From assembly GCF_018977255.1 (NCBI RefSeq), contig NW_024704745.1:58838001-58902000 (forward strand): a stretch of DNA of 64,000 nucleotides. The letters run 5' to 3'. The notes beneath the pieces are model-generated. The model saw only the letters and a program-made list of their open reading frames with translations, was not told the origin of the DNA and searched no databases. The DNA is from Callorhinchus milii. Lineage: Eukaryota. Positions 25,201 through 37,854 of this stretch are shown here, piece by piece. Numbering within the stretch: the first letter of the stretch is position 1; each line of letters starts with the position of its first letter. The position numbers were made by a program, and so were the translations under genes.

Positions 25201-25837
25201 TTCAGTCTGTCTGAATAAATTCAGAATGCGTGAACTCACCTATAAATTAACATGGGCAGACAGATTTTACAGAAGAAGCCATTTCGCATTAATTTAATCG
25301 CATAAAAGTTTCCTTTGCAGCAGAAAGCTCCTGTTCTAAGGGAGGCAAGAATAGATTGGATAATGGAAAACTGTTACTGCTTTTTGATTCTGTACTTGTA
25401 CTTGCTATTTGCTGTATTGAAGTGCTGAACATAGACTGGCCATGCTTCTCTTTAGAGTGCATATGTTGCTATTGTAGCTGCAGTAGAAATTGTTTATGTA
25501 ATGGCTCCACAATGCCAAAATGCACCTACTGGATTAAATAACTCAATTTAGATGTTGTCCTCGCATTTATGTTAGTGCTACAATAGGGATTGTGCAGGAG
25601 TGCCAGGGATGAATGGCATTGCACCCAAGGTGACTACATTTGATTTTGTCCTTTCTCTCTTCTCTCTTCTATGTTGGCATTGCATAGTTGACTGCTCTCT
25701 CGCCTCACTATCAAAAAAAACTGAGGGTTGAAGCAGCACTTTGGACTTGAGCTTCTAGTCTAGGTTGCTGCATCAATGCCTTCCTGGGGAGAGTTCAGCA
25801 TTGTCAGACACAACAACAAACTGCATTTATATAATAA

Positions 25838-26578
25838 CTAGCTGCACCTTTTGCAGCTACGCTTGCAGCCAGTTTAATTTAATTGGCCTTCTCTGATTCG
25901 TCTGTCATTTTTATTTGATCTTCGCTTCTTAGGTATCTTTATCCCTTAAGATTTTAAGAAAATGTGCCATTGAACTTGTTAGCATCCGTTGTTCACATAT
26001 TTGCACACATATCCTTTTGGGAGGACTCTTGTTGGGAGGACTCCTGTTGGGAGGATTCAGTGGGAAGAATCAGTGGGCAGACTCCTGCTGGGAGAACTCA
26101 GTTTGGAGGAGTCCTGTTGGGAGGACTCCTTCCTTGTTGGAGTCCATACATGTGTGATGAGCTTGTTTGGGTCATGATGGGAGATCCCCGAAAAAAAATA
26201 TGCCAATGAAACTCCCCCTTGCAAGATCTTTCCGATGAGGTAAAAATCATGTCTTTACTTCAATCGGTTAGACAGACACACAGACAGACATTTTGTCTTT
26301 ATTAGTAATAGATGTATCTCTCTAGAAGGGTGTGTGACCTCTGTCGCTAGTTTGTTGCAGAATACCATGCATAGCTTTTTGGGGGCTTAATTAAAGCATT
26401 TTTTAATATATTTTGTAATATAGCTTATCAATGATAGGAGATTCTCCCCCCCCAAAAAAAATGCCCATGATGCTCCCGCATGCAAGACCTTTCCGATGAG
26501 GTATAAATCATGGTTCTACGTTAATCAGTTATTGCGTTCTTGGCAGACAGACAGACATTTTGTCTTTCTTAGCATAGA
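25838..26578 (-). mobile_element. Non-autonomous Helitron (Lep1-like architecture)
   Basis: Minus strand begins A|TCTATGCTAAG...(TGTC)n and ends with a hairpin then CTAG|T (25838-25841). Inserted between A and T with no TSD. Confidence 0.75.
26018..26140. repeat. ~15-bp minisatellite (TGGGAGGACTCCTGT)n inside the Helitron
   Basis: About 8 degenerate units; produces the repeated 'WEDSC' peptide in the ORF track. Confidence 0.85.
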
Positions 26579-26579
26579 T

Positions 26580-27075
26580 AATAATAATAATACTTGCATC
26601 TGATATAGAGTCTTATCACAACTTCGAGACGTCTCAAAGCATTTCACAGAATATACTATAAAGTGAATTGACTGTATATTTTGTGGGCAGCTTTCAAGTT
26701 AGGACAATTTCCCAAGGTGTTGAAATTTTATGCTTCAGATGAGATATTTAACTGAGATTGCCATAGCAATGTCCCACAAACATCCATGAAGTGAATGATC
26801 TTTGTTTTATTTGGGGGATTGTTGGTCAGGACACTGGGAGAAACTCCCTCTCTTTTCCAATAGTGCCACTGATTCTTAACATCCAACTAAACAGGCAAAC
26901 GGGATCTTAATGTCTCATCCAAAGGACAACACACGTCTAACAATGTAGCACACCCCCAACGTTGCACTGGAATTTCAGTCTCTACTATATGAGCTCAAAG
27001 TCTCAACGTGGGGCTTGACCAAACAAGGTTTTTGACTCTGTGGTGAGTGTGTTACAACTGAGCCAAGCTGACATC
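26580..27075 (-). mobile_element. SacSINE1-like DeuSINE, near full length
   Basis: (TAA)n tail, 'gagacgtctcaaagcatttcacag', 'agcaatgtcccacaaac', head 'gtggggcttga...ctgagccaagctgac'. Confidence 0.8.
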
Positions 27076-29269
27076 AGTTTGTTGACTGTAAGTAGTGAAC
27101 AAACTATCTTGTCCTGTTCTGTTATCTAGTACACTAGTCAGTGAAACAAAAAAAACTGGTCAGCTGGAGTAACATTGTGAAACAAGGCATTGGAGCTAAT
27201 TTAGCAATGAATTGAACAGTAGGCTATGAGTTCACACCATTGATTTCCCCAGATGATGTCTTTGACATTAGACCTGCTGACATGTGGACCAGACCAGAAA
27301 ATGATTGTTTGAATGAAAGTAAAGAAAAGCTAATTAGTAAATCTATTGCTTTACAAAAAAAACAAATTAAATTATTGCATTTTAAGACAAAACTAATAAA
27401 AATTAACCGAATTTTTAAATTTGTCATCAAACTAATATTTACTGTTTACAATGTATAGGAGAGAGTCATATATTGCATGGGACCAGCCCTATTGTGGGTT
27501 TGAAAACACTGTTGATGATTCTCTCCATCATGTGTATATGTGCTCACTCTCTCTCTCCCTTTTGCCCTGTGCATACCTGGTACTGGTATTTTTGAGTTAG
27601 AAAAAATCACAAATCTTGTTGGCATGCACTCAACTAAACATGTTTTTACCAACATTGCATTTCTCCTTTGAATCTCTGCAGATTAGTGGACGGATCATTG
27701 GTTCACTTTCAATTGGCTTCTTGGCACTCTTCCTTAAAATAGAGTTGATAAGAACACATTTTATTAAATAGCTTGTAAATGTGTTTTCAAATCCTCTAAT
27801 GTTGGAAAATTTCAGTGAGGCTGTAACTCCAGTTAAAATCACAGTGTTTATGCTGGAGTAAAGTCTTAACTGTGTGACTGAAATTGTAGCATCAGATCCA
27901 ACATTTAGCTGTTGAGGTCAGTTCTGAACTGGCCCCAGCTGTTCAATTCAAACACAGTTTAGAAGCGTGGTCATCAAAACCAACACCTGCACTGATCCAC
28001 ATCCATCATCCTTTCTGTTTTGGATTTCTGGAAGAACCAAACATTTTCTTATGGTCCCATTGAAGTGAGACAGACTTTAGGGATCAGTACAACACTGACC
28101 CCTAGTGCCAGCTGAGCCCCATATAAAAGCACAACTGTGAAATAGATGGTCTCAAAGAGAAGTGCGAACCTAGGCCTAGAGTTGCATTTTGACAAAGGAG
28201 GAATAATTCATCTGCAGATCAATAATTCATCTGCATTTGTTTTTACTCTGTGTGAGAAATACCCTCTCTATTTAAACTAATAAATCTCGTTTATTTAAGC
28301 ACAGCAAGTACAGTTTCCTGTAAATCTATCTCGCGATAGCAATTCACATATAGAAGTGTTTGGTCTGCAGGAGAATTTCTCTTCAATTTCTACAGACTGG
28401 TATTCCAATATATAAATTGCTGACCTCTTGGGAAAAAATACTGAAGCAGACTGCTAGTTTTGATGGCTAAGTGGGACAACTGCTTTCAAACAAGATTCAT
28501 TTATTGGTTGTTTTTGCTTCTAAGATCCACGCATGTCATTACTACATTGAACGGGGTCAATGTTTATGAAGTTCATCTTTTCTTGGTAAAATGTCATAGA
28601 AAACAATGTAAGCTCTGAACTTCTAATTTAAAAAGGTCTGTCAAGACATTTGAGGGAAGGTTATGCAGTGAGCAACACAGTCAGGTACTGTGATGTTTTT
28701 AACTAGTTATAGTTCTTCCAGTTGTAAATAGCAATAAATCCCATGCTGAAAAATCCTATGATTTTGACCTGCTCTTTGAGATCATGGTAGACTCTATAAG
28801 AGCCCAGATCTTCCACATAGTTTGTGCAATTGATGAGATTTTCATGCCAAGCAGACACAATATACTGGGGCCACAGTATGACTGCATTTTCTGAGCTTGT
28901 GTCAGAATGGAATGAGACCACCTTGAGGAGGTTGTCTCACAGCACATTAGCTTTGCAATTGCTGCTCACTGTAAAGTAAGACTCGGACAATCCCTAGGAT
29001 CACCTAGAGGTTTTAGTATTATTAAGCAGCCAGCAGTTCCACTGCCCTATTGCTAACATCAGGGTGCTGATTTTTCAGAGTTCTGTGAATCAAAGTAATG
29101 CTCCATACAAAGAGCTGTGCTTACATTTTGCCTGAGGTGAGAATGATACAGAATGATTAGTATAACTCCGCAATCTGCTACAAGAACTGGCTTAACACAA
29201 TACCTGCAGTGTAATTGAACCATTAATCACGATTAAGACTTGTAGATATTAGATTGGGTTCTGAATAAA

Positions 29270-29650
29270 ACTAATAATTTGATAAGGTGTCTTATATTGC
29301 AGCATCTCAAAGTGCTTCATAAGATAAATTATTTTCAGTTTAGTGAAGATAGTCATCTCGGCAAATGTGGGAGCTAATCTGCATCAGCAAAATTTCACAA
29401 ACTGCAATGAAATGAATAACCAAAGTTGATGTTTTTTTGGTGAATTTGGATGAGAGAGGAATATTGCTGGGAGAACAACCCATTTTTCAAAACCGTGCCC
29501 TGGGGACTTTAACATCCATCACAAAAGTAGACAGCACCTCACTTAGTTTAAAATCTCAGCTGAACACAGCACATCTAACAATGCAGTGCTCCCTCAGTAT
29601 TGCATTGAAATGTCAGCCTCGATTATAAATTCAGGTCTGGTGTGGGTTTA
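29270..29650 (-). mobile_element. Old DeuSINE
   Basis: 'catctcaaagtgcttc', 'ctaacaatgcagtgctccctcagtattgcattgaaatgtcagcct'. Confidence 0.7.
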
Positions 29651-29779
29651 TCTTTCATACACCAACTCAACACTAGCTTCCTGTAAAAAAATCGTAAAAT
29701 GCGCATGACAATAAATATTTAATGTCTTGGCAAAACATAATAAACCAGTAAAATATTGATTTATATTTCTATACTGCTC

Positions 29780-30120
29780 TTAGTCTAGGCTTACACTCCC
29801 GTGGAGTGCTTGGGATGTGCTGCATTGTCAATGTTGCTGTCCTTCGGATTAGATGTCAAAATGATATTCCATCTACCTGTTCAGGTGCATGATAAAGACC
29901 CCATGAAACTATTTGAAAAGACTGGAAACTTTCTTCTGATGTCCTGGCCAACAATCTTCCAGATAAAATTGATCACTCACTTCATGACTGCTTGTGGGAT
30001 ATTGTGTGCAAATTGGTTGCTGCGTTTACTTACAAAATATGAAGTCATTCCCCTTTAAATGCTGTGAAACACTGTAAGACATTTTGACAGAGTTCTTATA
30101 ATGCTGTATCAAATGCACAG
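29780..30120 (+). mobile_element. Old DeuSINE
   Basis: 'aaagaccccatgaaactatttg', 'tgtgggatattgtgtgcaaattggttgctgcg'. Confidence 0.75.
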
Positions 30121-30883
30121 ATATCCTGTACTATTATAACTTGCCAGTGCATAACCTGCGAGGGAGTAGGGTAGCTGATTCTTAACAGTGAAACCTTAAC
30201 GAGTGTGTTTCACTGCTTCCAATCACGTATCTTAAATTGAAACTGAGAAAAGGGTTATTTTTACTCTTACTTGACAGCATGATGACACAGTCCTAATTAC
30301 AGCAGAAGGCTGCCTTGTGGTGGTCTGGCAATCAGAGATGCTCTCACTTTGCACAGTGTGTGCCTATCAATGTCTTACTTGTCTTGCAGTTGTAAACTCA
30401 TTCCGTGCACTCATCCATTGGACTCAATAAGGTTGGACATCCTTGATATATTGAAGCTGAATTCTGTGAGTTGGAGAATGCTGATGGGGGAAGTTTTGAC
30501 ATTTCATCAATGAAAATCTAATTTTGCTTTTCACTGATAAAATGTATAGATATCTTAATTTAAAAAAACGTGGAAATGGAATTTCAATTTTTTAAACAGC
30601 ATTTTAACTACTGAAGTTAGTTTACTTAGTCAAACTTCACGTCTCATAAGAAATGATAATTTGCACAGGGAAATACATGGCAGGCAAAGTGCTTTCTTGT
30701 GCAGGGTAATTTAAAGTGACAATGCACAGTATTTGTTTGCGATGTATTATGTGCCATGTGTAATCTCAGCTGTGTGTGAGCCTTATATAAACACGTGTAC
30801 AGAAAGAATTACAAGTACCTTAAATATGTACGAGTAATTAACAAACAAAGGAATTTATTTATGTAACCAGCGACCAATCTGGT

Positions 30884-31277
30884 GGAGTCCTGTAGCTCAG
30901 TGGTTGGAGCACTCGCCTCGCAAGTGAGAGACCTGGCTTTGATTCCCAGCAGGGTGAAATGTTGGGCAAATTTCCTTAATCCACACACCTCTGTTTACCT
31001 AGCAGTACGTAGGAACCCAATTGTGAGTCGATTGTTGGATTGTTTTTCTGGGGGTAATAATTCCTTCAAAAAAAATAATAATAATAAATTGGTCACTTCA
31101 ATCCACAACTGTTTGTGGGACACTGTTGTGTGCAATTGGCTGCTGCATTTCACCCACATAATATACAGTCAATTCACTTTACAGTATATTCTGTGAAGCG
31201 CTTTGAAACGACTCGAAGATGTGAAAAGCGCTGTATTATTATTTTACCAAATGCAAAATTATTATCATTATAATTAT
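30884..31277 (+). mobile_element. Full-length SINE2-type DeuSINE (longer subfamily)
   Basis: ggagtcctgtagctcagtggttgg head; extra ~60-nt segment after the head that is absent from the 19189 copy; Deu domain; tail. Confidence 0.88.
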
Positions 31278-32804
31278 GAAACGTTTTCATTGTCCAAATG
31301 CAGTCTGACCCTGATATAAAGTATCGTGAGTTCACAGGTAACCACCATGAACTGCAGAATATTTAGGTGTGGTACACTTCCTCTTCCCAGGGCTGGCCTG
31401 TTCCTAGGGATGACGACTGGCTTTCTGCACTAAGCTCACAAGTGGTCGATGCTGACCAGCCTTTCTGTACATGACATGCAAGTGCAATGGGTCTTGGTGA
31501 CAGTAGTGGCACCGACAACCCTGGAATTGCTGACGAGCTGCTCTATAATGTGAGCAGTCACATTTAATTACTCAAGTGCCCTGTTATAACATGTCGGACT
31601 CTGAGTTGTCTGATTTCCTCAGTACAATCTGGTGTACAATCTGCCTGTCCTTTCCTATGCGTTTACATATGGCACAAAATACATGCTTTACACTTCTATT
31701 TAAGCCGGATTCCTATCTTCCACTGCCAAGTCTGTGATACTGTAATTCATTTTGTGTGTATTTATCTTTCGTTTGTAGTTGCATATTGGTTGCTTCGGTG
31801 ACATAAGGGAATAAACAACATGTTAATGGCCCTTTCTGACTACATTATATACTCACAGTTTTTCTTCCTTGAAAGCTAGTGATTTTAAGCAGATGAGTAA
31901 AGAATGAGCAGTCACCCAAAGTAGAGGCCTGACTAATATGGAAAGAACCATGGAAAAGCCACATTCTGATGGTATCGTAATCAATGTACATTGAGCCAGT
32001 AGGTCTTTTCAGCCTCAGGTTCTGTGGTGATATAGAAGACAGATGGCTATGTCTAATGTCATCTCTTTGATCATTAAACTGAAATCTGCTTCTGGTCATA
32101 TCCTAGAGAGAGGCACGGAGGGTATTAATGGCAGTGGTAATGTATCATTATTGAATTGTGTGGAGTATTGCTGATGGAAACTTCAGTTACTCAATCTGCC
32201 ACTCAGCATCCGTTTGCTCTTTATCCACAATTAAAACAACAAGTTAGGTTTCCTTACGATGTGCTTACGCTTTTCTAATCGGCTTGGGCTAAAAGGGTGA
32301 ATGGGATCTGTATTAGGAGCCGTGAACTTTACTTAATAGTTTATTTATAATTGAGCTGGAAATGTTTCCAAAAATGTCTCTTCCGCAGCATTGAGTCAAT
32401 GTGTTAATGGTAGAATTACTGGAGTTCTTTTTTAGCAGCATCAGTGGCTTGCTTGATTTGGGGATTTAGTTGTTATAAATTACTTATTTCAATTACTGCA
32501 TTATTCATGTTCTTTTTTAGATGCCATGTGTTCCATAGACTGATTGTGATTAGAGACTGAGTGACATTTGTCTGCCTGGCAGTATTTTAGCACTGACCCT
32601 TTGATCACTGGATCTTTGTAATTTTGCCAGTGTAGTACGTTTACTATCATACTTTTAAGAAATATATAAGTAAATTCACATCTAATAGCCACCACTGTTT
32701 ATTGTTTCATTTGGTCAACCTGTCAGACAAATTGAAATCATTAAAATATCCAATATGAAATCATTAAAATATCACTCCCAAAGATGGAAGATGGGGGTGA
32801 ATAA

Positions 32805-33090
32805 TATTTATAATATAATCCTTGCATTTGATATAGCACCTTATTAGGTTGTCGAGGGTCTCAAAGCATTTCACAAGATATATTGTAAAGTGAATTGACT
32901 GTATTTTGTGGGCGAACGAGGCAGCCAGTTGTACACAGCAATATGCCACAAACATGGAGTGAGTGACTAATATTATTTGGGGGATTTTTGGCCAGGACAC
33001 TGGGAGAAACTCCCTTCTCTTTTTGAATAGTGCCATGGGATCTTTAACATCCACCTGAACATTGGTTTAATGTCTCATTTGAAGGACAAC
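32805..33090 (-). mobile_element. DeuSINE 3' two-thirds
   Basis: 'cttgcatttgatatagcacc', 'gaatagtgccatgggatctttaacatccacctgaac'. Confidence 0.8.
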
Positions 33091-33823
33091 ATTGTGGAAT
33101 TATGAAGATAGATCAACAATCTATGCTAGAGTTTTCATAGAATCAAGGAAATTATAGTATAAAACAGTCATTAAACTATTGAGCCATAAGAACTTTGATT
33201 TCAAGTCCTGTTTACCATTTGCCTTTTCACTTGCTCTTGTTTATCCAGTTCTCTTTGAAATATTGATATTTACCACTGGTGGCAAAGTGTTTTAACTCTT
33301 TGCGTGAATCACATTTCTTCAAACCTCTCCCCTCCCCCCACAAGCTCTTTCAATGATAACGCTGTAACAAAATTAACAGAAATAACCTTTCACTGTGAAT
33401 CCTCCCAAAAGTTCTCTAAATTTTGAAGACCTCTATTAGATCCTTACTTTTTTAGTGAAAACAGCCTCAACTTTTCCTCATCACCATCTTCAAAACTATA
33501 ACCACCCTTACCTCATCATGTATAAAAGATGTCCATTGCATTGAACAATTTCCATCTGAATTTGGAATCTAAAGCATGCAGTTTCAGTCTGGGTTTGCTA
33601 ACTTAGGCCTACTGCATTCTCCCACTTCCTCTACTTCACCATTGGTGACCAAACTTTCAGCCACCATGTTCTTTGGAAATCTCTTTTACATCCTCCTTCC
33701 CACTTTGTACTTTCCCTTCCTATTTTTAAAACCCTTCGAAAACCTTATCTTTTTGAGCACTCCTTTCATTATTTACCTTCTATTCCTGCTTGGGTCACCA
33801 CTCCCATCTCTGTAATGATGATG

Positions 33824-34269
33824 AACAACAACAACAACAAGATTCCATTTATTGAGCGCCTTTCACGTCGGGAGGACGTCCCAAGGCGCTGTACAGTTGG
33901 GTCAGGACCCGAGCAGGGGGGAAATGGTCAGGGTGAGGGGAGGGAAGGGAGGGAGCGAGGAGAGGGTAGAGAGTCGAGAGGGGAGCTGAAGGTACGGTCA
34001 AAGAGAAAGGTCTTGAGACCGGCCTTGAAGGAGGAAAGGGAGGAAGTAAGGCGAAGGCACTGGGGGATAGAGTTCCAGAGCCTAGGGGCTGAGAGGCTGA
34101 AGGCCCGGCCACCGATGGTAGGGCGGTTGGGGCGGGGGATGTGGAGCAGACCGGAGCCAGAGGAACGGAGGGTACGGGCAGGTAGGTAGGGGAATAGTAG
34201 GTCAGAGAGGTAAGAGGGAGCAAGGCCGTGAATGCCCTTGTAGATGAGGATGAGGATCTTGAATTCGAT
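33824..34269 (-). mobile_element. Young L2 3' end (~445 bp)
   Basis: Open frame IEFKILILIYK...AFSLSAPRLWNSIP...[11 protein letters not shown], intact CpGs, (CAA)n tail; highly similar to 50040-50488. Confidence 0.95.
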
Positions 34270-34364
34270 ATTGCATTTGATATTGTGCCTCATCATATAG
34301 CTGAGATGTCTCAACCAGACCTTTTCCTGTGTGAAGGGTACTATATGAGCATTGTTTTTACGAC

Positions 34365-34772
34365 TGGCATCTGGTTCAGTTGGTAACATTCTCATCTTGA
34401 GTCAAAAGGTTGTGGGTTCACGCTCCACATCAGTCCAAGCTGACACTCCAATATAGTGCTGGTGGAGTGCTGTAATGTTGAAGGTGCCATCCTTCAGATC
34501 AGACATTAAACAGAGATCCCATCTGCTTAGTTCAGGTAGACATTAAAGATTCCATGCAACTATCCAAAAAGAGAAGAGTTTCTCCCAATATCCTGGCCGA
34601 CAATCCCCAGATAAAATTGTTATTTGGCTGTTTGTGAGATATTGCTCTGTGCAAATTGTTTGCAGCATCCTATGAAATACACAGTCACTGCACTTTACAG
34701 TGAATCCTGTGAAGCTTTGAGATGGCTTCCTGACATGCAAGGCACTATTTCAAATATAAATAGAATTATTAT
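34365..34772 (+). mobile_element. Full-length SacSINE1-like DeuSINE
   Basis: 'tggttcagttggtaac...ggttgtgggttcacg...gctgacactcca...ggtgccatccttcag...tgtgagatattgctctgtgcaaatt'. Confidence 0.82.
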
Positions 34773-35589
34773 AAAAGTACAGTATATAGTTTGGGATATG
34801 AGGTGTGCATGCGGCTGCCAGAATGGTGGAAGGTGAACTGGATGACTAGCAATTCTTATGTTCTTATGTACAAGTTGTTCATAGTAGCTTGAAAAGATAC
34901 TTTTTGGTTTGATCAGTTTGTTACCGTAGATTAAAAAAACGATGGTTTCAGTAAGTTGCAGAATTACATTTGTTTTATACATTGTGGGAAATGTTATTGC
35001 CTCTTATGGAGGAACAGAAAAGTAAAAATAATTCATTACATTCTTGAGAAGTCGTTTTCCGATATGATTACTTGATATCTCTGTCATAATTCATCTCTGA
35101 GAATCAATGAAATTTCATGCGGTGTTTATTCTGCTGGAAGTGAAGCAGTTCTGCTTCCAGCAGTTGAGAGATGTGGAACGAAAAGCTCGATTTATACCCC
35201 CTGCCTCATATCATATTGGGGCCATAAGTAAACTTGACACTCAACTTTGGAGTTTGGGCATACACAACCAAGCCATTTGCATCACCAACTCTCAACAATG
35301 AAAAATACATACCGTGAAATTCAGACTGTCTCCAAGTCGTCAGGGGATTTTTTTGGACGCTTGAGTGCAAAAAAATCCATCACCCAGCTTAAAAATATCC
35401 AACTCAGAATTAGAGTTCCGTATATGTATGCCACCAAAACATGGAAATTTCCCTGTGTCCATAATGGAATGCATACTCACTCCTTGGGGTGTGGCACCCT
35501 GCTTATCTAATTCCAGAGAGTATTAGGTGCAGGTTTTCTCCCAATGTGAACGGCACCATAGAAATATAATTTGTTGTTGTTGTTGGCAA

Positions 35590-35755
35590 GAGCTGTTAGA
35601 GGACAAATTTAGATAGGTGCTCGAAAAGGAAAAATTTGCAAGACTATGGGGAGAGAGCGGAGGAGTGGGACTGATTGGGTAAGTCTTCCAAAGAGCCGGC
35701 ACAGGCACGATGGGCCGAATGGCCTCCTATGCTATAATATTCTATGATTCTATGA
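35590..35755 (+). mobile_element. CR1 3' end
   Basis: 'gatgggccgaatggcctcct' followed by an (ATTCTATG)2 tail. Confidence 0.88.
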
Positions 35756-37469
35756 CAATGGGCATGGGCTCCATCCCGATTAATAATGTATATTTTGGGG
35801 GAAATCGTTATAAAAAGCTGCACAGCAAAGTGCAGCAGGAAAACTTAAATCTTACATGGTTAATTATCTTTGATTAAATTATAGAACAATCTTTGTTCTC
35901 TTTTGTGTTTTTTCATTTGAGTACATTCAGGAAAAGGACATTTACATAGATGTGTACTTGTGGTTTAATGGTTCATTACATAACTACAGTATATAATCGT
36001 AACTGACAATGTTGTGTAATGTACCTAGAGGTTTCTCCAGGTTAATAATGATCCTTAATCTTTGTTTTGTGATTTTCCGTTTTGTTATATTAATAAAAAG
36101 CTCATTACATAACACTCCACTCTTGTTTACTGACGGTGCTGTGCAATGTGCTGTGTAAATCTGCAGAATATGCTCATGCTTTTTGCATCCAGTATCATTG
36201 AGTATTGAGCAACACTCTTACTTGATGAATCTAAATGCCAGAGGAAAGTTTGGTACTGAACAATTCACCAATCGATTGAGTACTTTCATCATCTTGTAAA
36301 GGATCTGGTTACACAATTGAGTGAAATTAGCAGCATTCTGTGTAATAAATATAAATATTTGAAATGTCTTGCAGTTCAACATTTAACACCATGCTAAGTA
36401 ACCCTTCCTTTTAGTTACTGCCCTCACCCTGACATACCTCCTTTGAGATCCTCCAGCTTAGCAGTTTCAGCAATATTATTTTATGGGCGTTTCACCCATG
36501 AAATATACAGTCAATTTACTTTACAGTATGTTCTGTGAAGCACTTTGTGTTGGCTCCGAAGGCATGATAAGGAGCTATATCAAATTTAAGGATTATTATT
36601 ATTATGGAGCCATCTTATGAATTTTCAGTATCAGACCTACTTCAATCCTCTGTCCTGCACGCAGTTTTTGCAGGCAACAAGGACGCACAAGAAGAGGATA
36701 CTAACTTCATTCAGACTTAAATACTGACCTTCATATTCAGGGCAGCATTTTGGAAGGAGGATTCCCTCAGATGATACTGCTGTCATGTTAATCACTGGAA
36801 GAGTTTGCACTCCGCAGACACAAACTGCTGATGTGTGTACGTTTTTAAAAGATGTCTCAGCAAAGATGAGCTAAAGGTCTTCATTGGACACTTTAGGAAA
36901 ATATTTCCAAGGCGAGTTGCATCATTTGAAATGCAGCCAACTCCTTTTCAGTGAGATGGTGCCTCTATTAAGACCAATTAATAGGATTAATGGTGCTTTT
37001 TGAAAATGAATGCAAAGCAGAGTATGTCTGACAATGTCTGACAGTCTCTGTCAGTCATAGGAACAGTGCTGGACCCCTAAAAGTCAAGAGGCTGCTTTAG
37101 AGAGTATTTCCTCAGATAGTCATCAGTTCTGTAGCATTTGTTTCAAAGGCTACGATTAGATAAAGGGACTATTTTTTTCTCTTCTGATTCAGAGGTTTTG
37201 TCTCTGAATAAAATGGAAGGCTTGAAATTGTGGTCTGATGGTTTAATGGAAAATCAAATTTGAATGTAAAATCAGGCTTTGAACTATTATTTGCCGTGCT
37301 TGAAATTTTTATTTCTGATCCTTTATTTGCTTCTCTCAAATAGTCTAGTAACACTGTTGGATTAAGTGTGTAGACTCAGGTCGCCATGCCAGCAGCTGTT
37401 TGAGTTTCGCAAGCTGCAGAGTGAATCAAAAAGCTTGTCCATCCAAATTTGATCTCCAGCCAAGACAAC

Positions 37470-37680
37470 ACAGGAACAAGAAGAGGCCATTCAGCCCATT
37501 GACTCTGTTTCATCAATTTATCAGATCATGACAAATTTTTTGATCCCATTTCTCTACCTTTCACCATTTACCTTTATACCATTACTTCCTGAGTATTTAC
37601 TTTCTTCCTTTTATACATGGCAATTGATTCCGCACTGATGGCCTTCTGGTATAAAAAGTTACTAAATCTGACTGCTTGAT
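37470..37680 (-). mobile_element. Old CR1 3' end
   Basis: 'ggaacaagaagaggccattcagcccattgac...agatcatg'. Confidence 0.6.
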
Positions 37681-37854
37681 CATATGGATATTATCACTAT
37701 TATATGTTTGACTTGACAATACAGGGTAAATTCATTGTCAGTGTCCTATCTGTAACCTTATAATGTCTCCCAGTTGTTCTCACTTCAAAAACATGGATAC
37801 CACCCTGTGACCATGTGGTGGGAGTGTCAACAAAGTACCATTTGTCTCCTTCCA

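Noticed and set aside
26018-26140. CRISPR-like array or 'WEDSC' repeat protein
   Set aside because: Contiguous tandem units with no unique spacers, in eukaryotic DNA inside a Helitron.
33815-34189. Arg/Gly/Glu-rich plus-strand ORFs (also 50005, 41258, 43621)
   Set aside because: Antisense read-through of GC-rich L2 3' ends.
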